A stretch of 64,000 nucleotides of DNA from contig NC_042998.1 of the NCBI RefSeq assembly GCF_006345805.1, forward strand, positions 27,156,001 through 27,220,000, written 5' to 3'. Shown piece by piece: positions 13,521-26,208 of the stretch (position 1 is the first letter of the stretch; each line of letters opens with the position of its first letter). The notes under the pieces are model-generated. The model was given only the letters and a program-made list of their open reading frames with translations, made no database searches and was not told the origin of the DNA. The stretch comes from Octopus sinensis (lineage: Eukaryota). The translations under genes and the position numbers were made by a program.

Positions 13521-16500
13521 ATAATAAATAAAAAAAAAGTCACAGAAAATCAGGAAGTATGTTTACTGGTTTTATAGATATGAGATTGATAGAACCAATG
13601 GATAAAACAAAGAAAATAAAAAGAAGCAATCAAACAGACATAACTGATATATAAAACTGGATGATATTAAAAAAAAAATATGGTGATGCGATTACAGATA
13701 AAACATTTCTTAAAATAACTATAACCTTGAAATCAAATGCTCTTTTATCATAAGCTTACCAATACCATTCTTTTAGATTTCCAGATTAACAGAATTTAGA
13801 CTTCACATTCCGACAGTAAATACAGACTTCCTACAATGGTTTATATTACTGTGCAAATTTAAACATATCAAATAGATTTAAGAGAAAGTTAAATACTAAA
13901 ATCATTTCAAAGCAGCTATTCTAGAAAATCCCACAAAAAGAATATTCTGTATATGAATTTCATCTGTAGTATTTCTTAGAGTTAAGATATTATTCCAGCT
14001 TACTGAAGATGCTAAAGAAAGCAGAAATGGAGGGAGACAGTTTCATCTCTCTAGTTTATAGTTGCCTTAATGCTTATTTCTTCCAATGTTAGTAAACTAA
14101 GTACCAGTTATATACTCAGATCAATTATAATTACATCACATCACATTCCATCGAACTTTAGCAGTTTGCCAAACAGAGAAATCAATTTCCAGTTTAATAC
14201 AGTGGTTCAATAGAGATTAAATGATGTTTTAATGCCCAACAGATTTCCTTATTAAGCAAACTTGGAACGGTTTTAATTGTAGTTAATTTTACTGTTCTTA
14301 TACAAACTGATATTTATAGCATTAATGGTCATAACAATCTACAACAAATTAGAATCTCTTACAGGAACAGAACTGTAGTCATGAGAGTAATATGCTTTCT
14401 GTCCAATTATTGAATTGTCCCTTTAATAAAGACTGACTATTCTGCCTGAAAGTTGACTATTGGTGCCATTCCCAATTCATATTTCACTGTTCACCAAACA
14501 AAGGTTTAGTATTAAGAAAGGAATCCAGTCGTAAAAATAATTGCTCCATCAATGTATTTGCGAAATTCAAAATTAGATTAAAACAACTCATTGATGCTAA
14601 CTGGAAAATAGATTTATCAAACAAAAAATATAACAAAAGCTAAATCAAGCTTTCTCTGAATGCTACAGTTAGGAGATATTATGGGGTCCAGAAAACAAAT
14701 TTGATATCAAATCTAAGACTATTTAGTTTCATAAAACTGAACTTATTCATGTATTTAATAGATGCAAGAATGAGTGTGTGATTAAGAAGCTTGTTTCATT
14801 ATCATGTGCTTCTAAGTTAGTTTGATCCCACTTCACAGTATTTTGATCACGTCTTCTACTATAGTATAGAGCAATGTCGACCGACGCCTTCTGAAATTTC
14901 ATAGATGAAGACTGTGTGGAAGCTTATCAAAAGTGTGAGTGTGTGTGTGCGTACATATATATCATTGCTATTATGCAAAAGCGTCTTAAGCCCAAAACAT
15001 TGCTTTTCAGAAAACAAAGAAATAGTTTCACCGTTCCATAGGAAAACCATTGTACTGCACTTTGACAATCTTTGATATCTTGGCATCTGAAGTAGCTGAA
15101 GACACGATAATTTCACCAGAAGAAGAGGATATTGCAAGCAAAAATAAATATTGAGAAAAACACATTTGGCCAAATTTGGATATACAACAGTTTAGCATAA
15201 TAGCAACAATATATTCTTTTATTCTTTGTAAGCCTAGTACATATTCTAGCATACTCTTTTGCCAAACTGCTATGTTACAGAGACATAAACACACCAGCAT
15301 CATTTGTCAAGCAATGGTGGAGGGACAATCACAGACACACACATATATGTGTGTATATATATATATATATAAAATATTATTTGAGACAAAACCACTATTT
15401 TGCAAAGAATTAACAAACTTTTATCCTTTTTCTGTTCCTTCTATCTATATTCCTCTGATGAACTCTAAATCAATCTGACAATGTTTGCTAAATGGAATGA
15501 GATAAATGCAAATTTACTTCAAAAATAAATTAAGTACCAGTTGCATACTGGGGCCAATCTAATTGACTGGCCCCCTCCCGCAAAATTTCAGGCCTTGTGT
15601 CTAGAGTAGAAAAGAATATACAGAAGGATGCTTTAAAGAGAAAAATTCTGCATGAGTGAACATATAGTAAAATATTTCAAGTTGATAGAATCACTTCAGA
15701 ACAAGAAGATTATGATGCCATCAGGGGTTTTTTTTTTTTACCATTTCCATGGTCTAATTTGAATAGCTTCAGTTGCAATGGAAATCTAGTTACACCCAAG
15801 CCAGGTTTTATATTGTGGAGGACAGCATGTCAGGAAGAAGCCTATGTTGAGGTAATAAGACAACAGATGGAATCAAAAAATGTCTACTGTAGATGGACCT
15901 GAAACAGCATCTGAGGAGACTGTAAGGAAACTAGGATGCCTTTGAGAATGAAGTACATGAATTTGAACAGAATACAGGTAGTCTTTACACGTCTAATACA
16001 GGGATAATATACTTCACTCAGAAAAAAATAACAATAAGATTAAGTAAAATATCAGCTATTAACTAAAATCTAATTAGGTTTATTACAGAAAATTTCATAG
16101 CTCAGTTAATGTTTCGTTAAAACATGAATACTTCAGCCCCTATTATCTCTCAACACATTCCAAATAAAACTACCATTGATTAGCATTTCCATATTCAGAA
16201 AGAAGAAACTCTTATAAAAAATACCAAAGATTAAAAGAAAAAAAATATTTGCTTCAAAGGAAAATCTCAATGCATAATGAATTCTAGCCTCTGGCAATTC
16301 TGCTATGTTTATCCTTCTAAATTAATACATCAAAGTTGTTACTCTTTAGCCTTTTAATTTACTTAACGTTTTTTTTAACATATGCTGATACAAGAGATAC
16401 AATTTGAGTCTTATTTTACTAGCAACACTCTTCTTTAAAAATCTATCTTATTTGATGTTTCCACATTTCTGTAATCTTCAGCAGTTTAAGCTGAGTATTA

Positions 16501-16626
16501 AATATATTTGCATCATCTTTCAGGTTATTAATATTATTTGTGAAAAATGATGAATAATTTTCTTCATATCTTAGAACAGCATCAAAGTATGAAACACAAC
16601 AGCACAGCATATCAAAATAATGATGA

Positions 16627-16911
16627 GATCTTCTTGAAATGCATTGCAGCAATCACTAATAATCAATTTAGTAGTAAATTGAAAATCTTAAAGTAAGATT
16701 ATAATATACTAAGAAACATATTTCAAATGACTGTATGAAAGAAATAGCTCAAAACAGCAATTCAACGCGTTTCATAAAGAAAATAAGATCTGTGAGAATA
16801 TTTTGAATTGTTTTACTGGTGAAAATATATTGCCAAAATTATGCTAATGTTTTAAAGTGGTGAACTAGCAAAATAGTGATAATACTGGACAAAAATGCTG
16901 AGCAGTATTTC
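16627..16911. repeat. Copy 1 of a ~290 bp direct repeat flanking an RTE fragment
   Basis: Reappears at 17449-18137, where it is interrupted by a 393 bp insertion. Confidence 0.9.
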
Positions 16912-16931
16912 ATTTCAAAATCAAATTCAAT

Positions 16932-17448
16932 GACTGGTGTCCGTGCTAGCAGGGTGCAAAGAGCACCATACGAGTGTGATCATTGACAGAGTGGCTAACC
17001 GGCTTCTGTGCCAGTGGTACTTAAAAGGCACCATTCGAGCGTGATCGTTACCAGCATTGCCCTACTGGCACTTGAGCCCCATGCCAGTAGGGTATTAAGA
17101 GCACCATCCGAGCGTGATCATTGCCAGAGCGGCTATCTGGCCTCCGTGCCAGTGGTATGCAAAAGACACCATTCAAGCGTGATTGTTACCAGCATTGCCT
17201 TAGTGGCCGGTGACATGTGTAAAAGATTCGAGCGAGGTCGTTGCCAGTACCGCCTGACTGGCCCCGTGCCAGTGGCACGTAAAAGCACCCACTACACTCT
17301 CGGAGTGGTTGATGTTAGGAAGGGCATCCAGCTGTAGAAACTCTGCCAGATCAAGATTGAAGCCTGGTCCAGCCATCTGGTTCGCCAGCCCTCAGTCAAA
17401 TCGTCCAACCCATGCTAGCATGGAAAGCGGACGTTAAATGATGATGAT
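16932..17448 (+). mobile_element. RTE 3' UTR fragment with (GAT)n tail
   Basis: gtgccagtggcacgtaaaagcaccc sub-repeats; ends ggacgttaaatgatgatgatga. Confidence 0.85.
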
Positions 17449-17531
17449 GATCTTCTTGGAATGCATTGCAGCAATCAGTAGTAATCAAATTTAGTAGTAA
17501 ATTGAAAATCTTAAAGTAAGATTATAATATA

Positions 17532-17924
17532 CGAGCAGTATCGCCCGGCCTTGCTCGGGTTTGTTTTGACCCTTTAGAATTGGAATTTTTGAAAAGTAAA
17601 AATTTTGTATTATGTAGCTTGTTATTCTCTTTAAGTGAACATTTTTTCTGGTTGAAATACACCAAAAAATGGTGACACAGCAGTCAAAAATCGTAAAAAA
17701 TAAGGATTTTCATAGAAAAAAAAGCACCTTTTTGGTGTAATTAACTTTTGGTGTTAACATGGTCCGATTTGAATTTTTTCTTCAACCGAAGGAAAAGCAA
17801 GCCTTCTTCTATAATACTCTCAATTTTGGTCAACTTGCACGGCATGGTCTCGGAGGAGATAGTGTTATTTGAAGGCTACCAAACCTGCCATACACAGACA
17901 ACTTCAGCTTTATATATATATAGA
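17532..17924 (-). mobile_element. Non-autonomous Helitron-like element
   Basis: Minus strand: 5' TC, subterminal hairpin CCCGAGCAAGGCCGGG, 3' CTCG (CTAG in the second copy at 55443-55831); no TSD against the empty site at 16708/16709. Confidence 0.75.
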
Positions 17925-18440
17925 CTAAGAAACATATTTCAAATGACTGTATGAAAGAAATAGCTCAAAACAGCAATTCAACACATTTCATAAAGAAAAT
18001 AAGATCTGTGAGAATATTTTGAAAATTTGTGAATTGTTTTTCTGGTGAAAATATATTGCCAAAATTATGCTAATGTTTTAAAGTTGTGAGCTAGCAGAAT
18101 AGTGATCATACTGGACAAAAATGCTGAGCAGTATTTCGTTCATCTTTATGTTCTGAGTTCAAATTCTGCTGAGGTCGACTTAGCCTTTCATCCAAGATTT
18201 TGGATTTGAGTAAGATAAGTCTTTGAAATGTAACATATTAAAAGCCTTGAAACAATCTATTTCTGCTATCTTACTTAGCAGCATGAAGTAATCAAAATGA
18301 ACAGGGACAAATTGTTAATTGCAAATGAATTTTTGCTGAATTCTGCCAAAACCTACTTTATGTTTTTGAATAATACAAATAAACTGATATATAGAGCAAA
18401 TGATAGTAACAAAAATATTTCTATGATCAGGCTCACTCAC

Positions 18441-18470
18441 TGCTCCAAAGAAATTACAGGTATTTTATAC
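18441..18470 (-). CDS. Candidate 30-nt microexon (YKIPVISLEQ) within a duplicated block
   Basis: Acceptor ttattttttaaatag, donor CA|gtgagt; a single open frame; paralogous 28-nt copy at 20016-20043. Confidence 0.35.
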
Positions 18471-19072
18471 CTATTTAAAAAATAAGAACAATTGAGCGCT
18501 GGGGTCAATGTAATAAATTTGCTACTTCCCCCAGAAATTGCTGGCCTCGTTCAAAAATTTCAAACCAACATTATGCTGACATTCTTCTGTGAAAATTGAA
18601 ATTTCCTTAAGTTTTTAAGGTTTTCAGATATAACAGTCATTATTACAAACTGAAGAGAAAATGTCGACATTTTTCAGTGTATCTTTCTTCAGTCTTACTG
18701 CACTGTTATGTCCAAATAATGAGCTAATGGATAGATGAGTCAGAGAAAGCTGACTGTCTTTTTTGTATAAAAGCCAAAAGTATAAAAGTAGTTACTTAAA
18801 TTTAAAATCCTTTGTAGTTCAAATTTTTCACTTTTTTTTTGATCGATGAGACAACAGCTATGCTTGATAAGTTATGAATAAAAGAGCTGATTCATCTTAA
18901 GTGACTATAATTGTGTTGCATAATAAAGTGACACTTGTGTTTAATTCTAAAAAAGTATAAAGCAGAACATAAAAGAAATTTATTTTGACTTTGATAATTT
19001 TTGTGCAGGTTTTTCATTTTTGTCTATTGAAAACTAACCACAGAATTTCATTAGCGCTCATTCAGTTGATCC

Positions 19073-19280
19073 TCAACCCTTTAGCATTTAAACTGGACAT
19101 ATCCAGCCCAAATATTCTACTTATGTTATGTTCAAACAGGCCAGATCTGGCCTCTCACACCTATCCTACAATGTCATTTAAAAAATATAAAATCACATTA
19201 ACAAAATCTCAAAGCTATGAGATAATGCATGATCAATTCAAAACATCGTGAATAAATAAGCATTACATTTGACAGATTAA
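19073..19280 (+). mobile_element. piggyBac-like MITE remnant
   Basis: Starts caaccctttagcatttaaac; 3' end interrupted by an RTE fragment. Confidence 0.6.
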
Positions 19281-19540
19281 TCATCATCATCATCGTTTAA
19301 CATCTGCTTTCCATGCTAGCATGGGTTGGACGATTTTGACTGAGGGCTGGCGAACCAGATGGCTGCACCAGGCTCCAGTCTTGATCTGGCAGAGTTTCTA
19401 CAGCTGGATGCCCTTCCTAATGCCAACCACTTCGAGAGTGTAGTGGGTGCTTTTACATGCCACCGGCACGGGGGCCAGTCAGGCGGTACTGGCAACGACC
19501 TCGCTCGAATCTTTTTACACATGCCAACGGCACAGATCCC
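19281..19540 (-). mobile_element. RTE 3' UTR fragment
   Basis: catcatcatcgtttaac start and family core sequence. Confidence 0.85.
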
Positions 19541-20682
19541 AAAGAGTTCTGGTAAAATGAAAAGTGCTCTCAACATAATTTTAACTAAGAATGCAGAGAA
19601 AAGAATCTAAAAACTGATGGTGCTACTAATGTCAACTAGTCACACTAAAGTATGCAAAACATAATATACCATTAAGAAGAAGAAAAAGAACTACTAAACA
19701 GAAGAAACCAGTCCTGATAATTCCTAAACAAGGAAATATTGTTCATTAAAAAAATGTAATAAATAAATAAGATTTTGGATTTGAACAAGATAAGTCTTTG
19801 AAATGTAACGTATTAAAAGCCTTGAAACAATCTATTTCTGTTATTTTACTTAGCAGCTTGAAGCAATCAAAATGAACAAGGACAAATTGTTAATTGCAAA
19901 TGAATTTTTGCTAAATTCCAACAAAACATAATTTATGTTTTTGAATAATATGAATAAACTGATATAAGCAACAAATGATAGTAACAAAAATATTTCTATG
20001 ATCAGGCTCACTCACTGTTCCAAAGAAACTGCACCTATTTTACCTATTTATTATACTTATTTCAAAAAATTTTAATGCTGACCAGGTAAAAACTAGCATT
20101 TTAACAATGTAACTTTCTCCTTTGAAATAGTACAGAATTATAAATGAACTAAGTAACTCTTTCACTAGTAACAATATCTTAGCCACAATAAAAAATATTC
20201 TTAATACAATTGGTTTTAGTAGAACAAAGATATATTTTTATATAAACTGTATTTCTTGGAAATTCTATTCCCATATGAGAACATTTCATGTGAGCAACTT
20301 AAACTACTTGGTTTTTCCAGTTAGTTTAGTATTTTCCACCACACCTGTCAGATAAGTAGAGCAGGTGAGTTTAATGCCCAGTGACAGAACATGAAGTCAT
20401 GCCTCCTCAAAGCTTCTCCACTCAGCCATTGCAACTTATCTTTTTTGAAATAAATAATTAACATGACTGAAATATTTAGTGTAATAGCTTGGAGAATAAA
20501 TTATGTGTGTGCGTATGAGTATACAAATATATATCATCATCATCATCATCATTTAACGTCTGTTGTCTATTCTAGCATGGGTTGGACAGTTTGACCAATG
20601 GTTTCTGCAGCTGGATGCACTTCCTAATGCCAACCATTCCATGAATGTAATGGATGCTTCTTATGTGCCACCAGCACGGGAG

Positions 20683-20719
<37 letters not shown>

Positions 20720-20722
<3 letters not shown>

Positions 20723-20792
20723 CAAAATATGCAACAAAGATATCCCGAGGTAACTGCATTACCTCTGGATATCCTTGCTGCTTATTTTGATT
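20720..20792. repeat. Fold-back element beside (TA)n
   Basis: Imperfect ~34 bp arms (aatcaaaata...gaggtaa / ttacctc...tattttgatt) around a ctgca loop. Confidence 0.8.
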
Positions 20793-20905
20793 GTAATCAC
20801 CCCATTTTGAATTATATGGATAATACCATACCAAATTCTGGTACCTTTAACTTAAGTAACATATTCAACTGAATCTATCTATCTATATATATATATATAT
20901 ATATC

Positions 20906-21120
20906 CTGGCCGTTTGCCAGCCCTGTCTGGCACCTGTGCCGGTGGCACGTAAAAAGCACTCACTACACTCATGAAGTGGTTGGCGTTAGGAACGGCATCC
21001 AGCCATAGAAACCTTGCCAGATCAGACTGGGCCTGGTGCAGCCTTCTGGCTTCCCAGACCCCAGTTGAACCATCCAACCCATGCTAGGATGGAAAGCAGA
21101 CGCTAAACGATGATGATGAT
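20906..21120 (+). mobile_element. RTE 3' UTR fragment
   Basis: Ends gacgctaaacgatgatgatgat. Confidence 0.85.
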
Positions 21121-21959
21121 ATATATATATATATATATGATCATTATAACCTGGAGGATAAATTATCTTCAAGTTGAATTATGCTATATAAAATAACTTT
21201 GGTGTATAATAAAGAATAAAGTAGAATTTACTTATATCATCTAGCAATCATTTATTCACAAATTATAATGAAAACACGGTACTTGCAAAATAAATTTATT
21301 AATTATGGTATATTGAAGGAAATGTGATTGTTTATAAATTGTATTCTTCAAAAAATATTATTTTACCATGATCAACCCAACATTTGTATTTTTATAGTTA
21401 ATAAAACTATTCTCACACAAACATATACAATACAGAACGGACATTAATGAGAAAGCAAATTAATTTTTCAGTAGTGATAAATTATTATGATATTTAAAAA
21501 TGTATAATGATGATTTATTGGAACAAGTTTTAATTGCTGTATTTGAACAAGCTTTTAACTAAATACATGTCAAAAGAAAATCTGGTTAGTATATGTAGGG
21601 TGTGAACTTATTATGAAGAATACGTTTAGCAGTTTAGCCATTAAATACAATTTTTATGGATGCATCTGTTAAAAACAATCTAGAAAAATATCACACTACG
21701 CACATTTAGAATCATGTAATTGTATATGGAACTAAATGCTGTCAGGCATTTAATTAGATTCGTCACCGATTCTGCAAAATTTTCACTCTTCAGTAACAAT
21801 AAACATTTGAAAATCAGCACATGTTTCTCTCTCTTTATCGCTATCTTTACCCTGCATTCACATATATGTTCTACGAGTGTAGCTGCATCAAATAAACAAA
21901 GTCTTCCAAAGTCACTACCAATATTAGGTCACACAATCTCCCATCAATGCGTTTTGAAC

Positions 21960-22200
21960 AGTGTCACATCCATAACCTAGCAAAAACTGCATCTGAAAGA
22001 CAAGCTCTTTGGGCCAGGAAATGGAAATACGTAAGATGACTGGACATGATTAAGGAGGATCTCCAAAGGCTCAACATCAACTTGGAGGATGCTGAGGAGC
22101 AGGCATGGGACCACCAGCAATGGAGAGTACAGGTGGGCATGGATGGCTCTAAGCATGATGACATCTCTGAGACCACTAAACAGAGATGACCCCCAGCCCC
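21960..22200 (+). mobile_element. Decayed RTE-clade LINE C-terminal fragment
   Basis: Translates to LDMIKEDLQRLNINLEDAEEQAWDHQQWR, like the RTE ORF end motif W...I..DL......A.DR..WR. Confidence 0.55.
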
Positions 22201-22331
22201 ATCAAGCAAACAGTAGTCTGGTCAATTGCTAATACAGCAAGTCCAAAATAAGACTCAACAACAAAATACTACTCCTAATTGGGATGGTGGTAGGATTACT
22301 ATTCTTCACACAAATATCTGGGGTACAAAAT

Positions 22332-22610
22332 AAATATCAAGTGGAAATTGTAATTGTGATACCTGTACTGGTGGCACGTAAAAAGCACCAACGGATCGTG
22401 GCCACTGCCAGCCTCCCCTGGTACCTGTGCCGGTGGCACATAAAAAGCACCCACTACACTCATGGAGGGGTTGGCGTTAAGAAGGGCATCCAGCTGTAGA
22501 AACACTGCCAGATCAGACTGGAGCCTGGTGCAGCCCCCTGGCTTCCCAGACCTCGGTCGAACTGTCCAACCCATGCTAGCACAGAAAACGGATGTTAAAC
22601 GATGATGATG
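22332..22610 (+). mobile_element. RTE 3' UTR fragment
   Basis: Family core with gatgatgatg tail. Confidence 0.85.
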
Positions 22611-22799
22611 AAATCAACTTAGTGAAAACTCACTGACACTACATTTTGTAACTCACATATACAGTTTCTTCATCTGTTTGCCTATTTTACATTTTAAATG
22701 GCCTCTGCTTCTCAGAACTAGCCAAGTACATAACTATCTCAACACAAAAAAAACAAAAAAAAAATCTGTTTCATGGGCACATGCCCTTAAAAAATAACA

Positions 22800-23200
22800 G
22801 GGGTTGGCAAGCGGTACTGATAAAATAAACTGTCAGCAAAGAGATCTTCAAAATTACCTGAAATTTGCCAACAGTACACCTGATGCCCTTCTCCTGCCCA
22901 TACTTTTTTTACTAAACGACTCATCCACTGATAAATTGCCAGGAACACGTTTGATATATGATGGTTGGACTTCATTCGTGGGGGGGGGGTCTAGACAACT
23001 CATGAAGTTGTGGCTCATTCACTGAATTTCAGTGATCCAAATAATGACTGCATCCATACACATGGCATAAGAAGGCAACTGATACTTGCCAAGAAGAAAC
23101 TTAGGCAGCAATGTGGGACTAGCAATGATTCGTTTACATCATACCTTCATAAGCATGTATGGAAAAACAAATTAAGGGATTGTGTAAAACTATTCACAAA
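22800..23200 (+). mobile_element. Decayed Merlin / ISXO2-like (IS1595-related) transposase fragment
   Basis: Frameshifted pieces DALLLPI...LPGTRLIYDGWTSF and HSLNFSDPNNDCIHTHGIRRQL...KKKLRQQCGTSNDSFTSYL resemble the ISXO2-like motifs LPGT.I.SDGW..Y and NHS.NFVDP..G.HTQ.IE..W. Confidence 0.7.
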
Positions 23201-24299
23201 TCTCATTTTGTGCATCCATAACTTATGTTTTCATGATTGTTTTCATCTTATATAAAATGTTTTGTTTCCATGCTATATTAAGTATATAGCCATTAAAGAG
23301 GTTTCCTAGCACCCCCAACTTTTCAACCCAAGGTGGCGAATTCTTTTGGTTTTTTTTTCTTTTTCTGTTTTCAATTGTGTTCTCTTTTGTCCAATTTTCT
23401 AATTTAATTTTGTAAAATAATACAAGTTAATCTATACAAGATATTTTTTTTTGTACATTCTATACAATCCTTAAGACAATATCATCGTTTCCGGTTTCTT
23501 TAACATTTTTTCAATACATCTTTTACTTTTTTACAATGGATAACTGCATCTAAACCGGATTTTCACTATGGACGCTAGTGATAAATTCTTTATTTTTTAT
23601 TTTATAATTGCTCCCTATCTTTTTTTTATATAAATGTTTTAACATATTTCCATTATTTCATGATGACATTGACATTTTAAATTTTAATCAAAGTTAGAAA
23701 AAATTATAAATTAACCATTAATAACATCTTACATATGCTGCCCTTATGTTTTTCCCCCCCCCCCCCACTCGTACAACACCGGACTAGAATGAACTATGTA
23801 GCCAAATAGTTAACAGGATATTTTTCTGAACTGCTGTACTCTCAACATCCGTATTTGCTTCTTTTTTTTTATTTCTTTTTTTTTTTTTTTTTTTTTTTTT
23901 GAGAGGTGGAGAATCTTAGGTGGTAGGTCGTCGAAATGAGTGAAGTATCATTTCCTTGAAGGCCAAACCAATAGGGCAGCATGATTCCTTAACAAATCAA
24001 GAAACGAATCTGGGCAATTTAATGTATTTGAACAGGCCAACGTTTCTTTTGGTGGGATGAATGCTAATTTAATGGAAAGCACAATGGGTGCTGATGAATA
24101 ATTTTACTTTCAAACCTGACAAAAGGTTAAAATCTGGTAGTAAAAAAAAAAATTGTAAAACTGGAACAGGAAATGAGGGAAGAAACATTTTTGAGATTCT
24201 AGGTCTTTTACTGTCCAAAATAAGTACAGGATCTGATTAATTTTTGCAACAATAATCAATGAAATTTGATACAATTTATAATTATCATTGGTTATAGGC

Positions 24300-24680
24300 A
24301 CCGGCACAGCTGTGTGGTAAGAAGCTTGCTTCCAAATCACATAGTCCTGGGTTCAGCCCCACTGTGTGGCACCTTAGACAAGTGTCCTCTACTGCAGCTT
24401 TAGGCCAACCAAAGCTTTGTCAGTGGATCTGGTATGCAGAAACTGTAACAAGCCCATCATGTGTGTGTGTGGGGGTTGTCCCCCCACCAGTGATGATAGC
24501 CAATGTCAGTGTCTTTACATCCCAGTAACTTAGCAGTTCGGCAAAAGAAACCAATAAAATAAGTACCAGGTTTAGAAAAAAATACTAAGTATTAGGGTCA
24601 ATTCATTCAAGTAAATATTCTTCAAGGTAGTGCCCCGGCATGGCCACAATCTGTTGACTGAAACAAGATAAACAAGGGTA
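24300..24680 (+). mobile_element. SINE family A
   Basis: gctgtgtggtaagaagcttgcttcc head and family tail. Confidence 0.8.
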
Positions 24681-25261
24681 ATGCAGATTCACACAAGGTG
24701 AGGTGCGAATCTGCATTAGCTGCAATAAAAGATAAAAAGATATGGTTATTCCTAGTTTGATTAGAGCTTAAGGAGTAGTGGCCACGATTGGAAGGCTTTT
24801 GCTGTTATTAATTCAAAAGATTGAAAATGCTCTAATTTTATAAAGATAAAATGATTACAACTGGAAATTTGTAGCTATACTAAAATTTCTTTGCCCAGAG
24901 TAAAAACCTAACGGAATAATCGAACTGTAGTATAATTTTACCATTATTTGTTCCTACTTCGTCTGATAAAACATGTCTGGATAAAGTTTTGTATAATTAG
25001 AAGGTCAAACTATTCGACCATGTACTATCTGAGAATCTCTATCCGAATGGCTTCAAGCTGCAGTCAACATTGAAACATAAAATAAATGTCAAATGTATAT
25101 TTATATCTTTAATTAGATATCCTCAACATAAGAAAGAGATGATTACTGATCAGGAATTTCGATTTTTAATGTTTAAAAACATTATCTCATCTCTATCAGT
25201 TTATTGTTAAAGTGATTCGTAAATGGTATTGTTATGTTTAAAATCTTAATCTGAGTTTCTA

Positions 25262-25514
25262 GCGTCCATGTCAGTGACACGTAAAAGCACCAACTGATCG
25301 TGGCCGTTTGCTAGCCTGCTCTGGCCCCTGTGCCGGTGGCACGTAAAAAACACCCACTACACTCACGGAGTGGTTGGCGTTAGGAAGGGCATCCAGCTGT
25401 AGAAACACTGCCAAATCAGACTGGAGCCTGGTGCAGCCTCCATGGCTTCCAGACCCCCGGTCGAACCTTCCAACCCATGCTAGCGTGGAAAACAGACGTT
25501 AAAGGATGATGATG
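25262..25514 (+). mobile_element. RTE 3' UTR fragment
   Basis: Family core with gatgatgatg tail. Confidence 0.85.
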
Positions 25515-26092
25515 GAGTACTCTTTAAAAAAAAATGTGGGTGGTGGGCTAAAAAATATCAAAACTGAGAAAGACAAAGCTCAAGATAAAAACCATTTCTT
25601 AAATGGGCACAAGTATTTTGATATTGCGATATTCTTCAGTTGTTGATACATGAAATTATAACAAAATGAAGCAATATTATGTTTTATGGTTTCAGTCTTT
25701 TAGAAAATTCACCTTATTTAATTAACTCAATTGTTACAGAACTTCCAGTTATGTATGACTGCTACGAAATTCATCGAACATTTGAACTTGTATTACTGTT
25801 TATCGAAAATTGGAATTTGTATGAACATCTGCTCTTTTAAGCATGTTTTTCCGAATTTTCCCTTGCACCTTCAAGCTCTCCTAAACTTTTTTTTTATACT
25901 TACCACTGAAAAACAGAAAAAAAAAGATGTCGAAACCTGTTTGGTATTATAATAAATATATTACAAAATTTAAAAACTACACATTTTAAGACTCAATTCC
26001 ATTTTCAACACCCTAAACCTCTTATATTCTTTCCTATGTGAGAATATATGTGTGTGGATGTATGCATGTATGTATGTATCTAGGTCAGAAAC

Positions 26093-26208
26093 TAAAGAAA
26101 TAAAAAAAGTATTACGGAAATTGCTGAACAAATAGTTTCACTTTTCTGAGACCAGAAAAGTGAAACTATCTGCTCGGCAATTTCCGTTAAACTTTTTTTA
26201 TTTCTTTA
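26093..26208. repeat. Fold-back element (~55 bp arms) between microsatellites
   Basis: taaagaaataaaaaaag...cacttttctg / cagaaaagtg...tttttatttcttta; single-arm relatives near 26700-26775 and 35030-35080. Confidence 0.85.

Noticed and set aside
14859-15478. Three overlapping ORFs on both strands
   Set aside because: No consistent acceptor/donor pair and no recognisable domain.
16443-16652. 69 aa minus ORF
   Set aside because: No donor site and no homology recognised; it partly overlaps the duplicated segment.
24679-24720. Small hairpin taatgcagattc...gaatctgcatta
   Set aside because: Short, single-copy, in a SINE tail, with no recognisable motif.
26093-26208. Hammerhead in this palindrome family (also 26700-26775, 35000-35080)
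   Set aside because: A GAAAC half is present but no CUGANGA core could be placed.
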